DNA of 64,000 nt from Candidatus Micrarchaeota archaeon (lineage in GTDB: Archaea; Micrarchaeota; Micrarchaeia; Norongarragalinales; SBBD01), in contig JAHJQN010000007.1 in the NCBI GenBank assembly GCA_018819225.1, forward strand, positions 32,001 to 96,000. The letters are read 5' to 3'. This document shows positions 53,310 through 63,291 of this stretch, piece after piece. The translations under genes were made by a program, and so were the position numbers. Below the pieces are notes generated by a model, which saw nothing but the letters and a program-made list of their open reading frames with translations, was not told the DNA's origin and did no database searches. Each line of letters begins with the position of its first letter. Position 1 is the first letter of the stretch.

Positions 53310-55046
53310 TCAACCCACTTCGATGAATTCCTTGCTTTTCTTCAACGCCGCGTCCTTCCGGCTCCCCGGCTTGTTCAACTTCAACCGCTCCGTATTCCCA
53401 TCCTTTCGGTACGTCAACCCGAACTGTTTCAACAACACTTTCGCTCCTTCGTGTTTATCGTACACGTCCTTCACTTCTCCGTGCACGCCGCTTTCCCCTT
53501 CCATCACGATCACGCGATCGACCGTATTAAACAAGAACTCCAAATCATGATCCACCAACAACACCGCGCGCCCTTCTTTGACGCGTTCCCTCAGCATTTT
53601 CGACAAGCGAATTCTGCCGCTCACATCCAGCATGTTCGTGGGCTCGTCGAGAACATAAACGGATTTTTCCTGATTCAACGCCTCGTAAATGCGCAGTTTC
53701 TGCAGTTCGCCCCCGCTCAAGTCACTGGTTCGCAAAAACTCGAGGCGTTTCAAGTCCATGGTGCGCACGAAGGTTTCCGCGAACAGGTCCAATGGCGTCA
53801 ACGTATTCGCGACCAGTTCGTCATCCCGCACCAAGAGCTGCGTTTTCATGGCCGTCCGCGCCTCATTTTTTTCATGCAATGCCTGCATCCACGTGCTTTT
53901 TCCGATTCCGTTCGGTCCCGCGATGCCTATGATTTCCCCATCGCGTACCAATACCTCTTTCCGATTCTCGACTTCAAAGCTCCCGCGAGTCAACCTCGTT
54001 TTCGCAAGCGTTAACACCCCATTCTTTTTTTGCTCTTCCGCATAGTGCCTGTACGCCAACGAATCCTTTCGGAACCGCACGTTTTCGGGTCCGATGAATC
54101 CTTCGAGAAACATGTTGATGGCCCGATCCGTTCCATAGACTTGCGATACGATTCCGTATGCGGCCGGTGTCCCATACAACACGTGCGCTTGCGGGCAAAC
54201 GTACGACAATAGCGAGATGTCGTGATCCACGAGCAACACGTTTTTTTCCGCGAAGTGATTTTTCAGGTATTCGATGAGTCGGATACGATACGTGTAATCC
54301 ATGAACGCGAACGGCTCGTCCAGCAAGTACGTTTCCTTTTCCCGCAGCAACGCGGCGGCTACGGTCACTTGCTGCAATTCGCCTCCGCTCAATTCATCCA
54401 GTTTTCTTCCATAGAGCCGCTTCAAATCGAACACGCGTTCGATAGCCCTCAATCGGTCGGCCTCGTCAATGCCCTTCAATACCGCTTCCACGTTTTTTCC
54501 CGAGCGCACCGCGTTCAATTCCTGCGGCTTCCACACGACGCGCTTTTCATCCAACGCCTTGAAGTACTCTTGAATTTCTTTCGTGGGCATCCGTTGCGGC
54601 GTCAACTGCTTTGCTAACAGCTTCAAGTTCGTGCTTTTTCCGCACCCGTTTTCTCCCACGACCGCGATCAAGCCCTTTCGGGGTATCGCCATCCGATACA
54701 ATCCAAACGCGTTATATCCGTAAGAGAACACGCGCTCCTCTTCCTTGGCTTCCGCGAGATTCACGATCGTGATCGCGTGAAACGGACATACTTTAGGACA
54801 AATTCCGCACCCCGTGCACAGTCCGGGGTCGATTTCCGCCCGGCTATTCATACGCTCGTCGTTGGTATACTCGCGTTTCGTCACGTGCTCAGGCGCTTGT
54901 TCCGTTACGTCCCCTTTCTTTTTCCGCCGGTCCACTAAATAGAGGCAATCTTTTCCAACCCGGTTGACGGGACAATTCTTGACGCACTCCAAATTGCACT
55001 TCAACGGAAAGCACAGCTTGGGGTCGATCACCGCGATTCTAGGCAT
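53310..55046 (-). CDS. rli: Ribosome recycling ATPase ABCE1/RLI
   Basis: RIAVID..C.P.KC..EC...CP, C.GCGIC...CPF.AI, YG.N.F.LY, two NBDs with LSGGELQ; start probably ATG 55046. Confidence 0.93.
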   Translation of the reverse strand: MPRIAVIDPKLCFPLKCNLECVKNCPVNRVGKDCLYLVDRRKKKGDVTEQAPEHVTKREYTNDERMNSRAEIDPGLCTGCGICPKVCPFHAITIVNLAEAKEEERVFSYGYNAFGLYRMAIPRKGLIAVVGENGCGKSTNLKLLAKQLTPQRMPTKEIQEYFKALDEKRVVWKPQELNAVRSGKNVEAVLKGIDEADRLRAIERVFDLKRLYGRKLDELSGGELQQVTVAAALLREKETYLLDEPFAFMDYTYRIRLIEYLKNHFAEKNVLLVDHDISLLSYVCPQAHVLYGTPAAYGIVSQVYGTDRAINMFLEGFIGPENVRFRKDSLAYRHYAEEQKKNGVLTLAKTRLTRGSFEVENRKEVLVRDGEIIGIAGPNGIGKSTWMQALHEKNEARTAMKTQLLVRDDELVANTLTPLDLFAETFVRTMDLKRLEFLRTSDLSGGELQKLRIYEALNQEKSVYVLDEPTNMLDVSGRIRLSKMLRERVKEGRAVLLVDHDLEFLFNTVDRVIVMEGESGVHGEVKDVYDKHEGAKVLLKQFGLTYRKDGNTERLKLNKPGSRKDAALKKSKEFIEVG

Positions 55047-55191
55047 ACTCCTCTCTTTCACTGCCAACATTTATTTAACGTTCTTTACCTCGTTCCTCGC
55101 AGAAACCAAATGTATTTATACTTACGCTCCCTCATTCGATAGTTTTTTAGAGCGTACCCGTAGTCTGATCAATGCTGATCGGTGGTTATCC

Positions 55192-55908
55192 ATGTATCCT
55201 CAACAACAAGCTCAATACGACCGAGCCATTACCGTGTTTTCTCCGGATGGGCGACTTTTTCAAGTCGAGTACGCTCGCGAAGCCGTACGCACTGGCACAC
55301 CGTGCGTCGGACTCGTATGCAAAGACGCCGTGTTGTTGGCGGCGTTCAAGCGCATTCCCTCGTCCCTCGTTGTGCCCGATTCGCATGAAAAGATTTTCCA
55401 GATCGACCAACACATTTCCGCAGCATCTTCAGGACTCGTGGCCGACGCACGCAAGCTCGTGGATTTCTCACGCACGGAAAGCCAAAAGCACCGCATCACG
55501 TTCGGAAACGCCATCCCGATTGAAACCCTATCCAAGAAAATCGGCGACCATATTCAAATGTACACGCAATACGGCGGCGTGCGGCCATACGGCGTTTCCT
55601 TGCTGATTGCCGGAATGAATAACGGCTACCGCTTGTTTGAAACCGATCCATCCGGCGCGTTGTTTGAGTACAAAGCGGCTGCGATTGGCTCCGGCAAGAA
55701 GGTGGTCGAGGCCATTTTCCAGAAAGAGTATAAGGACTCGTTATCCACGCACGAGGGCGTCAAACTCGCTCTCAAGGCCTTGAAGAAAGCCGTGGAAGAC
55801 AAACTTCACGCCGATAACGTGGACCTCGCCATCATCTCCAAGGAGAAGCAGGGCATGCATCTCCTCTCGAAGGAAGACGTGGCAAAGCACCTTGCGGAGT
55901 TGCGCTGA
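55192..55908 (+). CDS. psmA: Proteasome alpha subunit
   Basis: YDRAITVFSPDGRLFQVEYA, SGLVADA, RPYGVSLL, TDPSG. Confidence 0.98.
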   Translation: MYPQQQAQYDRAITVFSPDGRLFQVEYAREAVRTGTPCVGLVCKDAVLLAAFKRIPSSLVVPDSHEKIFQIDQHISAASSGLVADARKLVDFSRTESQKHRITFGNAIPIETLSKKIGDHIQMYTQYGGVRPYGVSLLIAGMNNGYRLFETDPSGALFEYKAAAIGSGKKVVEAIFQKEYKDSLSTHEGVKLALKALKKAVEDKLHADNVDLAIISKEKQGMHLLSKEDVAKHLAELR

Positions 55909-55958
55909 AACCCGTTCAACACCCTTTTTAATTCGTGCTCTTCCCTATAGCACTAGCC

Positions 55959-56648
55959 ATGAGCCAGATTGCCAATACCCTCATCGCACGCTACGAGAAA
56001 AACAGCCAGCGCTTCGAAGTACTTATTGATCCGAAGAAGGGCCCGGATTTTAAGAGCGGTGCGAAAAAGGATTTCGATAACGTGCTCATGTTCGACGAAG
56101 TGTTCAAAGACGCGAACAAAGGCGAGCGTCAAACATCGGCGGCCATCCAAAAAGCGTTCGGGACCACGGATCCCCTGGAAGTCGCCCAGATCATCATTCG
56201 CGAGGGCGACCTGCAAATTACGACGGACCAGCGCCGCAAGCTCCTGGAAGACAAGAAGCGCAAAGTCATTGACTTAATCGCCCGCAATTGCATGGATCCG
56301 AAGGCGAAAGCCCCCCACCCGCCTCATCGCATCGAACGGGCGTTGGAGGAAGCGCGGTTCCGTTTTGATGCGTTCAAGACGCCCGAGGAACAAATGGCGG
56401 ATGCCATCGAATCCATTCGCGAGATCCTTCCCATCAGCCTCGAAAAGCTCAAGATCGCGGTGCGTATTCCTGTCGAATTCGCTCCTCGAAGCTACGGCAC
56501 GCTGAAAGAATACGGCATCCGGAAAGAGGAGTGGGGGTCGGACGGCTCACTCATGGCCGTCATCGAAATAGCGGTCGGCATTCGCGGGGAAGTCTATGAC
56601 CGCTTGAACAAGCTGACGGGCGGCCAAGTCCAGACGAAAGAACTCTGA
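55959..56648 (+). CDS. Ribosome maturation protein SBDS/Sdo1
   Basis: ARY...RFEVL, VFKDA.KG, FGTTD, PHPP.RIE.A, LPI. Confidence 0.96.
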   Translation: MSQIANTLIARYEKNSQRFEVLIDPKKGPDFKSGAKKDFDNVLMFDEVFKDANKGERQTSAAIQKAFGTTDPLEVAQIIIREGDLQITTDQRRKLLEDKKRKVIDLIARNCMDPKAKAPHPPHRIERALEEARFRFDAFKTPEEQMADAIESIREILPISLEKLKIAVRIPVEFAPRSYGTLKEYGIRKEEWGSDGSLMAVIEIAVGIRGEVYDRLNKLTGGQVQTKEL

Positions 56649-56810
56649 ACGTCACCCATAGCTTTATTAAACAATTCAAGCATGAGTGTTTTCTGCTGAT
56701 ATTTGACTGCTGTAGAGCGATTCCATCAGCGTTCCCATTTCTGCATTTCTTAGGCGAAGTGATTGTTCAAGCAGGCGCGTTGCACTGCTTTTTAGAAGGT
56801 AGCAAAAACC

Positions 56811-57470
56811 ATGAAAGATTTTATTGTCCCTGGCGAAGTCGTTTATGACCAACCCCGCCGTTTCGACGGCAGCTTTGTCGACCGCGAAAAAACCTTCGCG
56901 TCCGTGCTTTCCGTCAAATACGACGACCGCGTCGTGGCGTTGAAAGGCCTGTACACGCCCGTTGTGAGCGATTACGTGATCGGAATCATTAAGCACGAGT
57001 TGTTCAGCGGTTACAAAGTCGACTTGAATTCCCCGTACATTGGCATGCTCTCTTCCCGCGACTTGCGCGAGCGCTTTGAAGTCGGCCAAGTCATTTCAGT
57101 CGTCATCCGCATGGCCGATGAAGTCAAGGAAGCGGAGCTGGTCGAGCCCCGTCGCTTGTGGGGCGGTCGCGTCATAGAAATTCCTGCGGTAAAAATTCCT
57201 CGCGTGATCGGACGCAATAACTCGATGGTGTCCTTGCTCGAACAATATACGGGCTGCCGGATTTTCGTTGGCAAGAACGGTCGCGTCTACGTTAAAGGGG
57301 ATAACACGTCGCTCGCGATTGAATCCGTCATGAAAATTGCTCGAGAAGCTCACATGCACGGTCTTACGGACCGCATCAAATCCTTTTTAGAAGACGAAAC
57401 GAAGGCCGGCCATCTCGCCAGCGAGATCGGTTCGCCGTTCCAGGCGTCGCCTTCGCCAGAAACGAAGTGA
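56811..57470 (+). CDS. rrp4: Exosome RNA-binding subunit Rrp4
   Basis: VPGE, Y.P..D.VIG, VDLNSPY, KIPRVIG, VGKNG.V, AH..GLTDRI. Confidence 0.95.
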   Translation: MKDFIVPGEVVYDQPRRFDGSFVDREKTFASVLSVKYDDRVVALKGLYTPVVSDYVIGIIKHELFSGYKVDLNSPYIGMLSSRDLRERFEVGQVISVVIRMADEVKEAELVEPRRLWGGRVIEIPAVKIPRVIGRNNSMVSLLEQYTGCRIFVGKNGRVYVKGDNTSLAIESVMKIAREAHMHGLTDRIKSFLEDETKAGHLASEIGSPFQASPSPETK

Positions 57471-57476
57471 TCCCGT

Positions 57477-58220
57477 ATGGAAAAAGAAAAAAAGAAGTTG
57501 ATTGTGGATGGAAAGCGCGTGAACGGTCGCGGCTTTGACGATTTGCGCCCTCTGAAAGTGACGGCGGGCGTGCTCAAGCGTGCGGACGGTAGCGCCATGA
57601 TTGAATGGGGGCGCAACAAAGTGTTGGCCGCGGTTTACGGACCCCGGGAAGTCTTTCCCAAACATTTGTCGGATGTAAAAAAAGCGATTATCAACTGCCG
57701 CTATTCCATGGCTCCGTTCAGCGGCATGGAAGAACACGGCCGCTCGGGCCCGAACCGCCGCGCCATTGAAATCGGAAAGGTCGCCAAGCACGTATTCGAG
57801 AATGCGGTGTTGACGCACCAATTCCCCAAAACGCAGATTGACATTAGCATGGAGGTACTGCAAAGCGACGGCGGCACGCGTGTGGCCGCTATTACGGCTG
57901 CCAGTGTGGCTCTTGCCGATGCTGGCATTCCCATGCGCGATTTAGTGCAAGGGGTTTCGATTGGTCGCGTGGAAGGGCAACTCATCGTGGACCTTGACAA
58001 GTACGAAGACAATCTTGGCGAAGCGGATGTACCGCTTATTGTTTCTCTCCGCAGCAAGGAAGTTCTGCTGTTCCAACAGGACGGCAGGATCAGCCGCGAG
58101 GAATTGCAAAAAATGTTTGAACTCGGTTTCAAGGGCGCTGAACTCGTCCGCGACGTGCAAGTGCAGGCGCTACGCCAACGCTACTTCGAAACCGGTGACG
58201 AGTTGAATAACCATGGCTAG
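57477..58220 (+). CDS. rrp41: Exosome catalytic subunit Rrp41
   Basis: GR..DDLRP, ADGSA, AVYGPRE, YSMAPFS, LQSDGGTR, ED..GEAD. Confidence 0.97.
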   Translation: MEKEKKKLIVDGKRVNGRGFDDLRPLKVTAGVLKRADGSAMIEWGRNKVLAAVYGPREVFPKHLSDVKKAIINCRYSMAPFSGMEEHGRSGPNRRAIEIGKVAKHVFENAVLTHQFPKTQIDISMEVLQSDGGTRVAAITAASVALADAGIPMRDLVQGVSIGRVEGQLIVDLDKYEDNLGEADVPLIVSLRSKEVLLFQQDGRISREELQKMFELGFKGAELVRDVQVQALRQRYFETGDELNNHG

Positions 58221-59004
58221 AGAATCAGAAATCTTGGACGAAATCAAGGCGGAATACGTCAAAGATTTGTTGAAGCAAAACAAACGCGTGGATGACCGCG
58301 GTTTAATGGACTACCGCGCATTCTCCATTGAAAAAGGCGTGTTTCCGAATGCGGAAGGCAGTGCGATGGCGCATTTGGGCGACACGAAAGTCGCCGCGGG
58401 AATTAAATTCGACATTGTAAAACCGTACGCCGACCGTCCTACGGAAGGCGTTTTTACGGTGCAAGCAGAATATCTTCCATTAGCGCACCCGACGTTTGAA
58501 TCGGGTCCGCCCCGCGAAAATGCCATCGAGCTCGCGCGTCTCGTGGACCGCGGAATTCGTTCCGCGGAATGCGTGGATACGGCTTCCTTTTTTGTGGAAG
58601 AAGAGAAGGTGCTCGGCATGTTTCTCGACGTATACGTGTTGGATCACAACGGCAACCTCGCGGATTGTGCTGCACTCGCTGGAATGAGCGCATTGGCCAA
58701 CGCGAAATTCCCGAAAATTGAGGATGGCGCGATCGTTCGACAAGAATTCAAGGGCCCGCTTCCTTTGGCCCGCCACGTGGTATCCGCGACCTTTGAGAAA
58801 ATCAATGGCGTTCCGATTCTCGACGCGGTATCTGAAGAAGATACGGCTTCTGACGGCCGCATCACCTTGGCGATTAGCAGCGACGGATTTCTATGTGCTG
58901 CCCAAAAAGCGAAGAGTGCCGGCTTCACCTCCGACGAACTTCTCTCGTTGTTCGATGTCGCCAAAGAAAAGACGAAGCCGCTGTTAGACGCCGTTCAAAA
59001 GTGA
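58213..59004 (+). CDS. rrp42: Exosome subunit Rrp42
   Basis: AEGSA..LG.TKV, FESGPP...IELARLVDRGIR, LDHNGN. Confidence 0.97.
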   Translation: MARESEILDEIKAEYVKDLLKQNKRVDDRGLMDYRAFSIEKGVFPNAEGSAMAHLGDTKVAAGIKFDIVKPYADRPTEGVFTVQAEYLPLAHPTFESGPPRENAIELARLVDRGIRSAECVDTASFFVEEEKVLGMFLDVYVLDHNGNLADCAALAGMSALANAKFPKIEDGAIVRQEFKGPLPLARHVVSATFEKINGVPILDAVSEEDTASDGRITLAISSDGFLCAAQKAKSAGFTSDELLSLFDVAKEKTKPLLDAVQK

Positions 59005-59246
59005 TGGTTATGGGTTCCCGTTACGGAGTACGCATTCGAAAACGCGAGAACGCGGTTCTGAAACAACAACATACCAAATACGCGTGTCCCTCGTGCGGTA
59101 AACGCCGGGTCAAACGCCGAGGCTTCGCGCTTTGGGAGTGTACGTTCTGCGAGAAGAAGATCGCAGGCGGCGCCTACGCACTGGAAACCGCGGTCGGAGT
59201 CACTGCCAAGAAAACCTTGATTTCTTCTCTTCAAGGAAAGAAATAG
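59004..59246 (+). CDS. rpl37ae: 50S ribosomal protein L37Ae
   Basis: RYG..IRK, Y.CP.CGK..VKR...W.C..C...AGGAY; start 59004 or 59010. Confidence 0.95.
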   Translation: MVMGSRYGVRIRKRENAVLKQQHTKYACPSCGKRRVKRRGFALWECTFCEKKIAGGAYALETAVGVTAKKTLISSLQGKK

Positions 59247-59260
59247 CGTTCCTTTTTTTG

Positions 59261-60088
59261 GTGCATCCGGTGCTGCTTCTCCTCAACGCTCGCTTTCCTA
59301 AGCTTCAACTGAGTTATTCATTGAAAGGCGAGCTCACGACCAACGAAATCGCTTCCGCACTCCGCGATGCGCAATCCTTACTCCAACGCACGATTTATTC
59401 GTATGCCCCCGTCAACGAATCGGGTATAGCCGCCCACGCTAAACTCCCTGCATCTTCCATCCATAACGTAGCCCAACTCGCTTCCCACGTTCACGCACTC
59501 AAACCCAAGGCCCTCGAAGAATCCCTGCTTCCCTTTGTTAAAGATGACCGGGATCCCGAATTCTTAATTCGGAAAAAGTGCGAACCCGCGGTTCTTGTTG
59601 CACAATGCGCCTATTTCCGTGTCCTCTACGAAAACCTATTCCCCCCCGCTCCGGTTACCCCGAAGGGAACGGTTTCCAAGAACGAATTCCGTTTTGCCGC
59701 CCAACTTCCCAAATGGACGGTCGTACGCAAAGCCAATCTGGACATCGCGGAAAACAAAGAGGTTTTCGCGACGCTGGTCGCGACCTATGAAGGCGTTTCC
59801 CGCAAAGCCTTTGAATACGCGCCGGACTCCCCCGCGCCTGTTTCGACTATTGAAACGTTCTTATCCGCTTACCCTCCACGCAAGTCCCTTTCCCGCTTGT
59901 CGCAAATGCTCACCGCATTATTGGAAAAGCGCGTGCTGGACCCTCTTTCGGAGCCCGCGCGCGCTTACTTTATTCAACGAATTTTCGCGCAAGCCGGCTA
60001 TCCTATTTATGCCAGCATTGACGTCGTCAACCGCGTCTATCCCGAGCTGAAAATCCCGAAGCCCAGAGGAAGGCTTAAAAAGGACTAA
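59261..60088 (+). CDS. Protein with C-terminal DUF2666-like domain
   Basis: F.A....W.VV.K..., YPELKIPKPRGR; probable GTG start at 59261. Confidence 0.6.
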   Translation: MHPVLLLLNARFPKLQLSYSLKGELTTNEIASALRDAQSLLQRTIYSYAPVNESGIAAHAKLPASSIHNVAQLASHVHALKPKALEESLLPFVKDDRDPEFLIRKKCEPAVLVAQCAYFRVLYENLFPPAPVTPKGTVSKNEFRFAAQLPKWTVVRKANLDIAENKEVFATLVATYEGVSRKAFEYAPDSPAPVSTIETFLSAYPPRKSLSRLSQMLTALLEKRVLDPLSEPARAYFIQRIFAQAGYPIYASIDVVNRVYPELKIPKPRGRLKKD

Positions 60089-60113
60089 AAATTAATGCGT
60101 GCGGTGATCCGTA

Positions 60114-60362
60114 ATGGCCAGTGGTTTTCCGTTTGATGAGAAAATTGTATTTACGGTATCGGTCTTCCTGTTTATCCTGTTGTCCGTAATTTACTTCCAG
60201 GAAACTGATTTCGCGATCTCGTACACGAGCGCGATTGGCGCCACCCTTTCGGTGCTCATGTTATACCTGATGTACAAGCTGCACACGCTCGAGAACATGC
60301 CGCACACCGTCATCACGTCGGTTCCCCGGGCGGCCAGTTCAAAGAAACGCCGACGCCGCTAA
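60114..60362 (+). CDS. Small 2-TM protein
   Basis: GGTGA SD; two hydrophobic helices; basic tail. Confidence 0.7.
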   Translation: MASGFPFDEKIVFTVSVFLFILLSVIYFQETDFAISYTSAIGATLSVLMLYLMYKLHTLENMPHTVITSVPRAASSKKRRRR

Positions 60363-60402
60363 TTTTTTCTTTATTTTCTCTTTTTTTGAACCCTATTCTT
60401 AT

Positions 60403-61266
60403 TCAGGTGCGCCGCACGTGGAAATCTCGATGCGCAAAGCGCTCGCGAGCCGCTACGGCTCTTGCGGTTCCTTCCCGCTGCCTCCACGAAAACGCGGATA
60501 CCATTTCTCCCGGCCTTGGTTGCGCTAACGATCGCATCAACCGACTACTCAAATGCCCCGTGTCCCGTAATCGTTCCCTGAACTGCTCCAACTCTTTTCT
60601 TTGAATCTCCCCCGTCTCTGCTTTCCATGCGCGTTCCAATGCGTCTAGCACGACGGGGTTCTTGCTTTGATTTAACGCTTCCAAAAACTTAATTCCGGCT
60701 TGGCGTTTATTCATGCGAGTGTCTGAAATCGTTTTTTTGAAAGAAGTTCCCGAACGTCCGTCATGCACGAGACGAAGTCTCAAATTGTCGATCCATCCTT
60801 GTTGGACTTGGGCGCGTCCGTCTCTTTTTTCCATTCTTCCGAATAGTGTTTCCAGCATATCGTACGCATTCGCGTGCTGTTCGTTATCCAGTGAATCGGC
60901 ATGCGTCCCCAACGATGCCGTGTATCCCGTTCCTTCGGCCACTTCATGAAGCGCTCGTACGTGTTTGGGTTCCAACTGCATGCGTGCAGCTAAACTCCCG
61001 AAACGCAGGCGCTCCGAGTTCGTTTGAGGCACATGCGTCTGATTCGTATATGCCGAAGCGATTTCTTTCTGCAATCCAATGGTCTGATGTTGCCGTATCG
61101 CCAAATGCGTCATCAAACCTCCTATGGCTCCGATCGCGACGGTGGTACCTATAACGGATCTCCAATTCTGCTGCCACCAATTCGGCCTCCGGTGATCCAT
61201 TACATCTCTTCCATTCCACGATTCGCCTCGGTTTTTTCCTCCAAATAATTTTACCATATGCTTCAC
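60403..61266 (-). CDS. Hypothetical single-TM protein
   Basis: Long ORF filling the gap; one TM near the N-terminus. Confidence 0.65.
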   Translation of the reverse strand: MKHMVKLFGGKNRGESWNGRDVMDHRRPNWWQQNWRSVIGTTVAIGAIGGLMTHLAIRQHQTIGLQKEIASAYTNQTHVPQTNSERLRFGSLAARMQLEPKHVRALHEVAEGTGYTASLGTHADSLDNEQHANAYDMLETLFGRMEKRDGRAQVQQGWIDNLRLRLVHDGRSGTSFKKTISDTRMNKRQAGIKFLEALNQSKNPVVLDALERAWKAETGEIQRKELEQFRERLRDTGHLSSRLMRSLAQPRPGEMVSAFSWRQREGTARAVAARERFAHRDFHVRRT

Positions 61267-61374
61267 CAGCCCCTGATTCTTTTTTTCTGTTAGTACTCCT
61301 TAATAATAACCGCGTTGCTTTCTCTCCCCTTAATCCCAAGCGCTTAAATGCTTGTTCTTTCCTCAAATAGTTTA

Positions 61375-61483
61375 GGGAGGGTGGGCTAGCCTGGCATGCT
61401 TTCAGCTTTGGGTCCTCACCTGCTTTTACGAAGCAGTACGGGCAAAACAGCTGAAGACCTGAGTTCGAATCTCAGCCCTCCCA
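61375..61483 (+). tRNA. tRNA-Pro(TGG) with 36-nt intron at 37/38 (61413-61448)
   Basis: GGGAGGG/CCCTCCC-A; TCAGC/GCTGA; anticodon at 61409-61411; BHB helix TTTG/CAAA; CTGAG-TTCGAAT-CTCAG. Confidence 0.94.
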
Positions 61484-61593
61484 CTGCCGGCGGCGGGAAC
61501 CCTGGGTTTCCCCTTGAGCCAACTGGTCGCCCCCATTCCTACGCAAAGCGTTTCCCGAACCCGTTTTATTCCCTTGCAAACAGAAGAAGTACC

Positions 61594-62901
61594 ATGGATT
61601 TAGGTGCCGGTGTTCGAAAGGCGCTCGCGAAAATTACGGGCGCCACGCTCGTGGACGAGAAAGCGATTCAAGCACTCGTCAAGGAGCTGCAGCGCGTCCT
61701 CATCTCCAACGATGTCAATGTCCAACTCGTATTCGAGCTCACGAAACGCATTCAGGACCGTGCTTTCAAAGAAAAGAAGGCGCAATCACTTAATTTGCGC
61801 GAGCACATCGTCAAAATCGTTTACGACGAGCTCGTCGCTATCCTCGGCGAATCCTACGAGCCTCCGATCAAAAAACAACGCATTATGATGATCGGCTTGT
61901 TCGGCAGCGGAAAAACCACGAGTATCGCCAAACTCGCCAAATTCTATCAAAGCAAGGGCTTGAAAGTCTGCGCGATTGCCTGCGATATCCACCGTCCTGC
62001 CGCCATCGAGCAACTCCAACAAATCACGGAACAAGTGCATTGCGGATTTTACGGCGAGAAAGGAAAAAGTGCGGAAGAGATCGCGGCCGAAAGTCGCATT
62101 CTCGAGAAAAAATACGACGTACTCATTCTGGATACGGCGGGGCGGAGCGCGTTCGATCCCGACCTCGCCTCCGAACTCAAGAATCTTTCCAGCATATTCG
62201 AACCTCAAGAAACCTATCTAGTGGTTTCCGCGGACTTGGGGCAAGTGGCCGGAAAACAAGCCGACCAATTCCGTAAAGCCGTTGGCATCACCGGCGTCAT
62301 CATCACGAAAATGGACGGCAGCGGAAAAGGGGGAGGCGCGCTTTCGGCGGTTCACGCCAGCCGAGCCAAAATCGCATTCATTACACTCGGTGAAAAACCC
62401 GACGCTCTCGAATCTTTCGACGCGAAAAAATTCGTTTCCCGGCTTGTGGGTTTCCCGGACTTACCGACCTTGCTCGAGAAAGTGCAAGAGATTTCCGACG
62501 AAGAAGCGATGCAGCGCGTCATGGAGGAAGGCAAACTCGACTATGGCACGTTCTTATCCCAACTCCGCAGCATGAAGAAAATGGGGCCCATGAAACAAAT
62601 TCTTCAAATGCTGGGCATGTACGACGTCCCCGAAGAACTCGTGGGTAAGAGCGAGCAGAAACTCAAGCAATTCGAAGCCGCTGTTTTAAGCATGACTCCT
62701 TCCGAACGCACGAAACCCGATCTCATGAAGAACCGTTCGCGTCAAGAGCGCGTCGCGCAAGGCGCCGGCCTTTCATTATCCGATGTCCGCGAGCTCGTCA
62801 GCAACTTCGAGCGCATGAACAAGATGATGAAGGGATTGAAAGGCAACCGCGGCCTTTCCAAGAAATTCCAGCGCATGCTCCCGCAAGGATTTAAATTCTG
62901 A
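61594..62901 (+). CDS. srp54: Signal recognition particle protein SRP54
   Basis: GLFGSGKTT, DIHRPAA, DTAGR, TKMDG, M domain (KMGP, SMT, SR..R.A.G.G); start moved to ATG 61594. Confidence 0.97.
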   Translation: MDLGAGVRKALAKITGATLVDEKAIQALVKELQRVLISNDVNVQLVFELTKRIQDRAFKEKKAQSLNLREHIVKIVYDELVAILGESYEPPIKKQRIMMIGLFGSGKTTSIAKLAKFYQSKGLKVCAIACDIHRPAAIEQLQQITEQVHCGFYGEKGKSAEEIAAESRILEKKYDVLILDTAGRSAFDPDLASELKNLSSIFEPQETYLVVSADLGQVAGKQADQFRKAVGITGVIITKMDGSGKGGGALSAVHASRAKIAFITLGEKPDALESFDAKKFVSRLVGFPDLPTLLEKVQEISDEEAMQRVMEEGKLDYGTFLSQLRSMKKMGPMKQILQMLGMYDVPEELVGKSEQKLKQFEAAVLSMTPSERTKPDLMKNRSRQERVAQGAGLSLSDVRELVSNFERMNKMMKGLKGNRGLSKKFQRMLPQGFKF

Positions 62902-63029
62902 GCATTCGGGTTCAGAGATTCGTCCGCTCACGTCTCTCCAAGCGCGTACACGGGAATAAGGTCGAACGATTTACGATCGCATGGACCGCGAAATACATCC
63001 GCCTAAACGTCACGCGTTTGAACTCTCTG

Positions 63030-63170
63030 TCAAGCGGGCATGAGTTGTTGAACGTAGGCGAGAACCATGAAGAGTACGACTATCCCAATGAAGCTGTCTT
63101 CCCACATGTTGCTCTTCAGCATCAGGTAACCGACGAGCAACGTCATCATAGCGGCATACGTTATTGGCAT
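63030..63170 (-). CDS. 46-aa 2-TM peptide
   Basis: MPITYAAMMTLLVGYLMLKSNMWEDSFIGIVVLFMVLAYVQQLMPA; not in the ORF track. Confidence 0.5.
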   Translation of the reverse strand: MPITYAAMMTLLVGYLMLKSNMWEDSFIGIVVLFMVLAYVQQLMPA

Positions 63171-63291
63171 GTGCCCTGCCTTCTAGTTTGGACTTCCTTC
63201 GAAATGCGGTTTTAACTATTTAATGCTTTTGTTTCCCGCTCCAATACCTTCTTTTTAAAGCATTGACTTGCCTATTCCTCGTGGTACGCGT

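Noticed and set aside
53247-54014. Long antisense ORFs (also 16743-17405, 25909-26601, 43941-44684)
   Set aside because: Shadow frames opposite well-supported genes, with no motifs.
61396-61593. N-terminal extension of SRP54 in the ORF track
   Set aside because: Overlaps tRNA-Pro; real start is ATG 61594. Similar over-extensions were trimmed for psmA, gatE, the ERCC4 nuclease, the antitoxin and the 46854 ORF.
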